From the NCBI GenBank assembly GCA_030248215.1, contig JASANG010003005.1, positions 62,001 through 126,000 of the forward strand: DNA of 64,000 bases, in the 5' to 3' direction. Shown one piece after another: positions 46,711 through 58,100 of the stretch (positions are counted from its first letter, which is position 1; each line of letters opens with the position of its first letter). Origin of the DNA: Enoplolaimus lenunculus (Eukaryota). A program made the translations under genes and the position numbers. Under the pieces are notes generated by a model. That model saw only the letters and a program-made list of their open reading frames with translations. It had not been told where the DNA came from and did not search any database.

Positions 46711-48672
46711 TATCTTTCAGACAAATTAATGGGAAAAACAATAATATTCGCGGTACTTCGGAAAAAGGGGTCGTCCCGACCGTGCAGTTCTGACAGTAAT
46801 AAGTGTCAATCGTGAGCAAAAAACCGTAGTAATACGTGCAGTGCTGTGTCGATAATAACTTTACCATTTGCCACAAAAATAATTCAACATTTCATAGCCC
46901 AGATACCCCCGATAACGAGGTTCCTATCCGTCCCCATTCCCCAACTTTTCATATTTCGCATTTTATCCTGAATTCAATGCATAACATTTCTCGGCCATAG
47001 ACTCAACAAAATACAGTGAGAAATCTTGCAAATGCTACAATATATAAGTAAACTAATGCTTCAGAGTATATTTGTGCTCAGGCGTAGATTTGCGCTGAGT
47101 TATAGGCCTATCCTGACGCTGAGGTTTGGGCTTAGGCTTATACGTATAGGAATATGCTGATATACTAAACACTGTTAAGTCCCTATATATAATTTGATCT
47201 CGTTTGGTCGTAATTTTATGTCCTTGACTTGATTTTATTAGTAATCAAGGTGCAACTGAACGTATGCCTCCAGTTAATGCAGGAAATCGACGTGGGGTTG
47301 CTGCTCCGATATTTTTTACCTCCAAGTGCGCCTTGTTAATCCAAGCCCTTGAAGAGTTTATACATATATGTATTGTATAAGCTTGTAAACTTAGCTATAA
47401 CATTTTGTGGTTTTCAGTTTAGTGAAAACTGCTAAATTAGCTAAATTTTCATTACCAACTCTAGTATATTATTGCAGGTATTTTAGAATATTTTCAGTTT
47501 CCCGTAAGCAGAGATATACGTAATTGCAGCCTTAAGAGCGTTCACAGGAAGAAAAATAAAATGGTATATCAATCGAAACAATTTATGGAAACGAGAAAAG
47601 ACGTACGCTAACAAGTTTGAAAAAACCTGGTCGGTTCTAGGCCCATATTCTCAAATGCGTATAGCACCTATCGCCAGTTGGTAATAGGGTTTCAAACTAA
47701 CGAACTGCTGCAATTGCAGATCTCAAAATTTGCACAGAAATAGAAACATTCGAATGCAACAAACGTGATGAAGTCCAAATTTAGCATTCTCTGGTTCGAA
47801 AGTTACAAGACCTATCGCCTGCTGGTAATGAGTAGGTGCGACACACATTTGAGAGTACGGGCTCTAAAGTTAAAAATGACGTTACATCCTCCCAAAACGA
47901 AATCCTGTCTACGCTTCTGCTTCTATTGCGCCCATCTGTTTCAGTTCTACTATGAAGAAACATTTTTGTTCATTCGAAGACTTGTTACTTACGGACTCTT
48001 ATTTGGGATACGGACTCCTATTGATTGGAACTCACAATGGGACCCCCCTCTTATTACCCCCATCTTATTCGGGTCACTCCAGTATATGCTTCATTGTTTT
48101 TTCAATAAGCCGAAGCAGCTAGTTTGATATTATTTTTCAGGAACAATTCGGAACCAGAACATTCAAAATTGTTGTGTTTTTCACGCTTCGCGTGGTTACA
48201 TCCGGCGACACTGATAAATTGGCGATTGCAGTCAAAATTGGTTTCGCTTGCCAACACGAATTATCACCAAAGATCCTAAACATGCGTTTACGGCATTTTG
48301 ACCATTAAAGTATGTTTGTCAAAGCCGGCGGTATTTTTGCTTATGAGTTTTTTTGCGTTCGCGTTTAGATGAAACGTTCTAAATTGTACCCAGCGGAATT
48401 TAATTTTGGGATTGTGAACTTTCTATCTTTACAGCTGCGCCCAAACTTAGACAGTGGCAGGTTCGATAATTTCTTAGTCGTTTTTACTGGTTAAGATCTG
48501 AATGTTTGATATTATCACAAAAATAACTTTTGTTAATTTTAATTTGTTGTTTGTAAATTCACTTCGGTTCCCTCAGCAGTTGTACCAATGGACTGTTACC
48601 GGTCTGTTACATTTTCAACAAGTAAAAAGTAGAAAATTTTTTAATGGAAGTGTTATATTTGCTTGAACCTAA

Positions 48673-51600
48673 ACCAATGTAAAGAACAGGGGCGGAACAG
48701 TATTATGAGCATATTCCTAAGCTTAAGCTTAAGCCTAAGCCTAAGCGTAAGCGTAAGAATGAGCATATTCCTAAGCATAAGCCTAAGCCTAAGCGTAAGC
48801 GTAAGAATGAGAATATTCCTAAGCATAAGCCTAAGCCTAAGCCTAAGCTTAATCGTAAAAATGAGCATATTCATAAGCATAAGCATAACCCTAAGTCTAA
48901 CCTTAAGCGTAAAAATGAGCATATTCATAAGCTTAAGCTAAGCAAAAAATAAGACTAAAGCCTAAGCTTACTCTATCCTATAGTCCAACAGATAAAACAT
49001 TCCGTCCCTGATCTTTACATGGGCCTGAATTTGGTTTTATTGATATTGCCATAATTTTAAACAGGCAGAAATAGAAAAATTTTAAAAAATTCCGATAATA
49101 TTCGAGTTGCAGCAGTGAAAACGGATTTCGGCTGCATTTTTTGATTTTTGCATCATATTCAGATCAGGGACAGAACGTTTTTCTACGGGACTGCAGTAGA
49201 GTAAAGCTTAAGCTTTTGATTAATTTTTTGCTTATTCTTACGGTTAGTTTTAGACTTAGGTATAACATAATTGTTACGCTCAGACATAGGCTTAAGCTTA
49301 ATAGGCTTATGCTTACAAATATGCTTATGCTAGAGTTACTGCACTGTTCTATACACTGCAAAAATGGTGAGTCAAATTGACTCTCTCTGAAATATGCTTT
49401 TCCGGACGACACAAACTGAGTCAAATTCGACTCACTGAGTCGCACGCTTTACTTTGGGGGAGTTGAATTTGACTCAGTTTGTGTGCAGTCCCGTAAAGCC
49501 TATTTCGAAGAGAGTCAATTTGACATACCATTTTTAAGTGTACATAGGCCAAATTTTCAATGGCATGGTTTGAAGCAAAATACATTGCAGTCAGATTTAA
49601 ATAAATCAAACTGCAAGCCAAACCAAATTGCCGACTATCAGATATCAATTGTTGCAACAGTTTGGTTTTTGATTTATTGACCCATATAAAGATCAGGGGC
49701 GGAGCGTTTTTTCTGCGGAACTAGAAAAGACTACGCTTAAACTTTTAACTATTTTTTGCTTGACTTAGGCTTACGCTTAGGTTTAGGCTAAGGCTTAGGC
49801 TTAGGAATATGCTTATAATACTATTCCGCCCCTGTTCTTTACATTGGCCGATTTATTTGTAGTCTTTGTATATCAAGATGTAAATAACAAAAACAATTGT
49901 GATATTTTGAAAATGAGGGACTTTGACTCGGTTGTATTTGTTGTCGACAAAAGTTGATTAAAATGCTATTAATAAAGCTTGGTTTCATGTACAACACCAT
50001 TACTTTGGTTCACGGAATTAAAAGAAGTAAGTCTCGGACATCTTTGCTATATCTGAGTGCGAATGCTTGCCTTCTATCTTCTATGCTAGTTTGAAATGCA
50101 GCACACTCTTAATTGTTTCGGCCAATAACTCGGGGCGGAACAGTATTATAAGCATATTCCTAAGCCTAAGCCTAAGCATAAGCCTAAGCCTAAGCCTAAG
50201 CTTAAGCCTAAGCCAAAGCCTACGCCTAAGCCTAAGCCTAAGCGTAAGAATGAGTTGATTCCTAAGCCTAAGCCTAAGCCTAAGCCAAAGCCTAAGCCTA
50301 AGCCTAAGCGTAAGAATGAGTTTATTCCTAAGCTCAAGCCTAAGCCTAAACCAAGGAAAAAAAGCTCTAAAGCTTAAGCGTACTCTATTCTAGTCCGCAG
50401 AAAAGCGAACACATAAGCATGTTAAAGTTCGAACGTTGCAATCTTAAATTTGAATACTTGCAATATTTGAAAGTTGCAATGTGATGAAACTTCAAGACAC
50501 GTGAGCGCGTATATGAGGAAGATGGTACACTGCAAAAAATGGTGAGTCAAATTGATTCTCTACGAAATAGGCTTTACGGGACTACACAAACTGAGTCAAA
50601 TTCGACTCCGCCAGTGTCAAACGTGAACTTGACTCTGGCGGAGTTGAATTTTTACTCAATATAAGCAGTCGCGAAAAAGACTATTTCGGAGTGAGTCAAT
50701 TTGACTCACCATTTTTTGGTGTGTACCATCTTCCTCATATACGGGCTCACGTTGTCGTTTCTAAACTTTCGTTCAGTTAAAGTGGTATTTCAGTGCTCCT
50801 ACCTGATGTTCCTTACCGGCGACAGTACACACCGACGTTCAACCGGACAGAATTGACGCTGAGTGGCGGAGTCAACGAAGAACATCGTTTGTTGCGGGCA
50901 ATTTTGACCAATTACGATCGCTCGGTTCGACCGATATATAATGCGTCGAGTATTGTTACTGTTCAAGTTGGATTGACACTCACGCATATATTTAAAATTG
51001 TAAGTTGTCCGCCACGTGGACAATAGTGGCGTACTCAAAAATTTGGGACCATGTATATAACAGGGTCGGAACAGTAATATAAGCATATTCCTAAGCCTAA
51101 ACCTAAGCCTAAGCCTAAGCGTATGAATGAGACTATTCCTAAGCCTAAGCCTAAGCCTAAGCGTAAGCAAAAAATTAGTCTAAAGCTTAAATTGACTCTA
51201 TGATAGCCCCTCCGGAAAACGATCCGGCCCTGTTCTATACATGGGCCCAACAGTGACAGAACAGTAGTATAAGCATATTTCTAAGCCTATACCTAAGCCT
51301 AAGCCTAAGTCTAAGCGTATGAATGAGCCTATTCCTAAGCCTAAGCCTAAGCCTAAGCCTAAGCCTAAGCCTAAGCGTATGAATGAGCCTATTTCTAAGC
51401 CTAAGCCTAAGCCTAAGCAAAATAATTAGTCTAATGATTATAGCCCTTCCGGAAAACGATACAGCCTTGTTCTATACATGGGCCGAAATTTGGATTAATC
51501 GGGCCGCATCCTGCAAGGTCCGTGCCTTTAATTTCCATCAAAAAGTAAAGATAGCACCCTTTAGCAGTGACGTATCTAAATTATTTGCCGAAATATATGA

Positions 51601-52190
51601 GGTTGGCTACGCTCACCTATTGGCTCCGAGACCAATTTCAGAGTTCACTTTTCTGTAAATTTTTGGCAGGCTGGGGGTAACTTGACCTGGCCAAATTGTT
51701 CACCACATGAGAATGACTTGTAGGTAATATCGCGAACGAAGCATGCGAAAAGCTAAATACTTGACAATCAACCTTATAAGCCGGAATGCCCAGCATCTAA
51801 ATCAGTGGTATGTAAGCCAAGGAGGTACACTTAAATGCCTTAGGTTGCTAAAATGATTTTTTCCGTAATATATAGTATGCAGTTTATGGAATCAGAGCCA
51901 AAGTCAAACGGTTCTCAGGTATTTGTATTTTGTGTTGAACTATGAAAAAAACCAAGTGTAAAAGTGATCGATATAAAAAATTGGCCAATGTATAAAACTA
52001 GGCTCGAACAGTAGTATAAGCATATTCCTAAGCCTAAGCCTAAGCTGAAGCCTAAGCCTAAGCCTAAGAGTGAGCCTATACCTAAGTCTAAGTGTAATTC
52101 TAAGCGTAGGCAAAAAAATAGTCCAAAGCTTAAACTGAATCTATTATAGCCCGACCAGAAAACCATCCGGCACTGTTCTATACATGGGCC
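48673..52190. mobile_element. Cluster of TTAGGC MITEs (about 48673-49025, 49160-49550, 49678-49850, 50120-50405, 51046-51247, 51250-51484, 51982-52190)
   Basis: Each has (TAAGCC)n blocks separated by taagcg..tgagc.tattcc spacers, mostly between ggcc(c/a)atgt...acat(g/t)ggcc termini. Confidence 0.8.
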
Positions 52191-55100
52191 AAAAAATTAA
52201 TGTATAAAGTGCGATCCGTACATTTTAGCGTTAATTCATCAATAATTTCTTCGAATTCCACACACATGTCGCAGTCCAAAGTGCTATTCAGGCCAATTAC
52301 CAATTAACAGTTTCGCCTGCGATAAAATGCTTTGGAGTACGCAGTTCAAGAATGTTTAACTATGCAATTAGAAGCAGTCCTGATAAATAATCACCGTATA
52401 ATTGTACATTTTTAAGCGGTATACGAACAAATTTCTTCACAATTGCTATTTGCTCGGAATATTAGATTCGCCTAATTGTCAATAGCCTGTTTAGCAGAAT
52501 CATAGCCAAAGTTAAATTCGTTCGTACAATTATTGTTAAGGATGAAAAGAATTCACGCCATATGTTCAAACATAACACTAGATTGTTTTTATCCTTAACA
52601 ATAAATTGTACGAACGAATTTAACTTTGACAATGGCAAGAATAACATTTTGCCCCCCCCCCCCTGACATATACCAAAATACAGTTCTGTTAAGTAGAATC
52701 ATAGCCAAAGTTAAATTCGTTCTACACACTGTAAATTCCAATGCTGAATTAATATCAGTAAACATTAACACACTCTCAGTTGAGTTAATTCTCACTCTGA
52801 ATTGAGTTGTTTTTGGGTGAGTTGATTAATTATCGCAGAATGCATTGAACCAACTCAAATTTTCTGAGTTCTGATAATCCTAACTCAGACTGAGTGAATC
52901 AACTCATTCTGGGTTAAAACCAACTCACTGAAATTTACAGTGTACCATTATTATTAAGGATGAAAAGAATCAAGTGTTATGTTTGAACATTTGGCTTGAA
53001 CAAGAATGGCACGACGAAAGATTTGGATGGAACGCATCTGATTTCGGTGACATCAAACGGCTCACAGTACCAACACATTTTGTTTGGACTCCTGATATTG
53101 TACTTTACAACAAGTAAATTGCAAGTTAAATGCAGTATGGGACCGAGTTTTGCTTAAACTTAATCAGCGGTTGCACAACGAGATGCAGTCCTGCGATGTA
53201 CGGATTTGTCGTTCCGGATAATTCGAACCAGTGACAGTCATGGAAACTGTGGCCCATGTTACTTTTAGGGTCGTCCCGGTTTCTGGTGCGTCTTTAAAAG
53301 AGTAGGGTTACATTCTAGACTACATTTTTTGCTTAGGATTAGACTTTAGGCTTCGACTTAGGAATACGCTCTTGCAACGCTTAGGCTAAGGCTTAGGCTT
53401 AGGAACACATTTTACAACGCTTATGCTTAGGAACACATTTTTGCACCGCTTAGGCTTAGGCTTAGGCTTAGGAATACGCTTAATCTACTGTTACGCCTCT
53501 AAAAGTAACATTGGCAAAAACGGTCATTAAATATACAGGACAGTATAACTGGGGTAGACGGGGTTATATTCACCTCATAATTTGCAGAAAAATTCGAAAA
53601 CAGATCACGCCCGTAGCCAGCTCACTTTGCTAGGGAGGCTAAAACATTTTTTCAGGAGCATCATTCAAGAATTTATAATGACGTGAAAGCAAAGTTGACA
53701 ATTTTCTAAGGGGGAGGCCAAAATGTTTCCAAGGGGGCGAGCCCCCATCCCACCCGGCGTCTCCTTGGCTACGGACCCGAAACAGATGCTTTTACGAGAA
53801 GTATAATAATATACTCATGGCCATAGGAAATTTGGCCAATGGTGCTTTAACCCCTTCTCACATTGAGTTGCTTATAGGCAACTCAGCGCAGTGTATATAC
53901 GTTAAATAATATATATCGCACCGTGTTTAACAATTGCAACACGTATACATAGTACTAAATCATCACAAGACGTGACAGCCCCCTCGGGCTCGAGCGTCAA
54001 GCTCCTATAGCTGAGTGGTGATGGTATACGCCTCCCGCTCCAGTCACTGGAGTTCGAATCCTAGCATAAAAGTAGGTCTCAGGGGAAATAGAAAATATTC
54101 ATGTGAGAAAGGGTTAAGGCAACAGCAGATTCAGCGTATTCCTAAGCATAAGCCTAAGCCTGAGCGTTGCAAAAATGTGTTCCTTAGCCTAAGCCTAAAG
54201 CCTAAGGCTAAGCATAAACAAAAAATGTAATCTAGAATCTAAACCTACTCTTTTATAGACCCACAAGAAACCTGGACGCCCCTTAAAGTAACATGAGCCG
54301 AAAATATTGTCACTCGCAACGCTTATGATCGCTCAAATATAAAACTTTGATGAGGTTAATAGTTTCATCACGAAATGAAATCCTCGCTTCACCGTTTCCG
54401 CAACATCGGATCTTTGAACATTTTTAAACCAAATCAATCCGAAGGATCAGTCGAATTCGAATTGTTTTCAAATTGACTTGTTAACTTTGAGCTTTCACCT
54501 CGTGTTTCATTTTTAATACAGCCAAATTTTCGGCCCATGTAAAGATCAAAGGCGGAACGTTTTTCTGTGAAACTGCAATACAGTAAACTAAGCTTTAGTC
54601 TAATTTTTTAGCTTGGCTTACGCTTAGGCTTAGGCTTAAGAATATGCTTATACTACTTTTCCGGCCCTGTTCTATACATGGGTCAAATAAGACTTTCCGG
54701 CCCTGTTCTATATATGGGTCAAATAGGCCTTTCCGGCCCTGTTCTATACATGGGTCAAATAGGCCTTTCCGGCCCTGTTCTATACATGGGTCAAATAGGC
54801 CTTTCCGGCCCTGTTCTATACATGGGTCAAATTGGCCTTTCCGGCCCTGTTCTATACATGGGTCAAATAGGTCTTTCCGGCCCTGTTCTATACATGGGTC
54901 AAATTGGCCTTTCCGGCCCTGTTCTATACATGGGTCAAATTGGCCTTTCCGGCCCTGTTCTATACATGGGTCAAATTGGCCTTTCCGGCCCTGTTCTATA
55001 CATGGGTCAAATAGGCCTTTCCGGCCCTGTTCTATACATGGGTCAAATTGGCCTTTCCGGATCTGTTCTATACATGGGTCCAATTGGCCTTTCCGGCCCT

Positions 55101-58100
55101 GTTCTATACATGGGTCCGATTGGCCTTTCCGGCCCTGTTCTATACATGGGTCCAATTGGCCTTTCCGGCCCTGTTCTATACATGGGTCAAATTGGCCTTT
55201 CCGGCCCTGTTCTATACATGGGTCTAATTGGCCTTTCCGGCCCTGTTCTATACATGGGTCCAATTGGCCTTTCCGGCCTTGTTCTATACATGGGTCCAAT
55301 TGGCCTTTCCGGCCCTGTTCTATACATGGGTCAAATTGGCCTTTCCGGCTCTGTTCTATACATGGGTCAAATAGGCCTTTCCGGCCCTGTCCTATACATG
55401 GGTCAAATTGGCCTTTCCGGCCCTGTTCTATACATGGGTCAAATTGACCTTTCCGGCTCTGTTCTATACATGGGTCAAATTGGCCTTTCCGGCCCTGTTC
55501 TATACATGGGTCCAATTGGCCTTTCCGGCCCTGTTCTATACATGGGTCAAATAGGCCTTTCCGGCCCTATTCTATAATTGGGTCAAATTGGCCTTTCCGG
55601 CCCTGTTCTATACATGGGTCTAATTGGCCTTTCCGGCCCTGTTCTATACATGGGTCCAATTGGCCTTTCCGGCCTTGTTCTATACATGGGTCCAATTGGC
55701 CTTTCCGGCCCTGTTCTATACATGGCTCAAATTGGCCTTTCCGGCCCTGTTCTATACATGGGTCAAATAGGCCTTTCCGGCCCTGTCCTATACATGGGTC
55801 AAATTGGCCTTTCCGGCCCTGTTCTATACATGGGTCAAATTGGCCTTTCCGGCCCTGTTCTATACATGGGTCCAATTGGCCTTTCCGGCCGTGTTCTATA
55901 CATGGGTCCAATTGGCCTTTCCGGCCCTGTTCTGTACATGGGTCCAATTGGCCTTTGCGGCCCTGTTCTATGGGTCAAATTGGCCTTTCCGGCCCTGTTC
56001 TATACATGGGTCAAATTGGCGTTTCCGGCCCTGTTCTATACATGGGTCCAATTGGCCTTTCCGGCCCTGTTCTATACATGGGCCCAATTGGCGTTTCCGG
56101 CCCTGTTCTATACATGGGTCAAATTGGCCTTTCCGGATCTGTTCTATACATGGGTCCAATTGGCCTTTCCGGCCCTGTTCTATACATGGGTCCAATTGGC
56201 CTTTCCGGCCCTGTTCTATACATGGGTCCAATTGGCCTTTCCGGCCCTGTTCTATACATGGGTCAAATTGGCCTTTCCGGCCCTGTTCTATACATGGGTC
56301 TAATTGGCCTTTCCGGCCCTGTTCTATACATGGGTCCAATTGGCCTTTCCGGCCCTGTTCTATACATGGGTCCAATTGGCCTTTCCGGCCCTATTCTATA
56401 ATTGGGTCAAATTGGCCTTTCCGGCCCTGTTCTATACATGGGTCAAATTGGCCTTTCCGGATCTGTTCTATACATGGGTCCAATTGGCCTTTCCGGCCCT
56501 GTTCTATACATGGGTCCAATTGGCCTTTCCGGCCCTGTTCTATACATGGGTCCAATTGGCCTTTCCGGCCCTGTTCTATACATGGGTCAAATGCCCTGTT
56601 CTATACATGGGTCTAATTGGCCTTTCCGGCCCTGTTCTATACATGGGTCCAATTGGCCTTTCCGGCCCTGTTCTATTCATGGGTCAAATTGGCCTTTCCG
56701 GCCCTGTTCTATACATGGGTCCAATTGGCCTTTCCGGCCCTGTTCTATACATGGGTCCAATTGGCCTTTCCGGCCCTGTTCTATACATGGGTCAAATTGG
56801 CCTTTCCGGCCCTGTTCTATACATGGGTCAAATAGGCCTTTCCGGCCCTGTTCTATACATGGGTCAAATTGGCCTTTCCGGCCCTGTTCTATACATGGGT
56901 CAAATTGGCCTTTCCGGCCCTGTTCTATACATGGGTCAAATTGGCCTTTCCGGCCCTGTTCTATACATGGGTCAAATAGGCCTTTCCGGCCCTATTCTAT
57001 AATTGGGTCAAATTGGCCTTTCCGGCCCTGTTCTATACATGGGTCAAATTGGCCTTTCCGGATCTGTTCTATACATGGGTCCAATTGGCCTTTCCGGCCC
57101 TGTTCTATACATGGGTCCAATTGGCCTTTCCGGCCCTGTTCTATACATGGGTCCAATTGGCCTTTCCGGCCCTGTTCTATACATGGGTCAAATTGGCCTT
57201 TCCGGCCCTGTTCTATACATGGGTCTAATTGGCCTTTCCGGCCCTGTTCTATACATGGGTCCAATTGGCCTTTCCGGCCTTGTTCTATACATGGGTCCAA
57301 TTGGCCTTTCAGGCCCTGTTCTATACATGGGTCAAATTGGCCTTTCCGGCCCTGTTCTATACATGGGTCAAATTGGCCTTTCCGGCCCTGTTCTATACAT
57401 GGGTCAAATAGGCCTTTCCGGCCCTGTTCTATACATGGGTCAAATTGGCCTTTCCGGCCCTGTCCTATACATGGGTCAAATTGGCCGTTCCGACCCTGTT
57501 CTATACATGGGTCAAATTGGCCTTTCCGGCCCTGTTCTATACATGGGTCAAATTGGCCTTTCCGGCCCTGTTCTATACATGGGTCCAATTGGCCTTTCCG
57601 GCCCTGTTCTATACATGGGTCAAATAGGCCTTTCCGGCCCTATTCTATAATTGGGTCAAATTGGCCTTTCCGGCCCTGTTCTATACATGGGTCAAATTGG
57701 CCTTTCCGGCCCTGTTCTATACATGGGTCAAATTGGCCTTTCCGGCCCTGTTCTATACATGGGTCAAATTGGCGTTTCCGGCCCTGTTCTATACATGGGT
57801 CCAATTGGCCTTTCCGGCCCTGTTCTATACATGGGTCCAATTGGCGTTTCCGGCCCTGTTCTATACATGGGTCAAATTGGCCTTTCCGGCCCTGTTCTAT
57901 ACATGGGTCAAATTGGCCTTTCCGGCCCTGTTCTATACATGCTTCAAATTGGCCTTTCCGGCCCTGTTCTATACATGGGTCCAATTGGCCTTTCCGGGTC
58001 TGTTCTATACATGGGTCAAATTGGCCTTTCCGGCCCTGTTCTATACATGGGTCAAATTGGCCTTTCCGGCCCTATTCTATAATTGGGTCAAATAGGCCTT

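Noticed and set aside
45198..48640. Candidate nAChR signal-peptide exon (hydrophobic frame at about 45234-45290; phase-1 mini-exon at about 48588-48621)
   Set aside because: Neither combines an ATG, a hydrophobic signal and a compatible donor convincingly; cDNA is needed.
50146..50350. True telomere or chromosome-fusion site
   Set aside because: Tracts are short, degenerate, in both orientations and enclosed by MITE sequence.
48653..52166. LSLSLS / LRLRLR / LGLGLG ORFs
   Set aside because: Translations of (TAAGCC)n tracts within MITEs.
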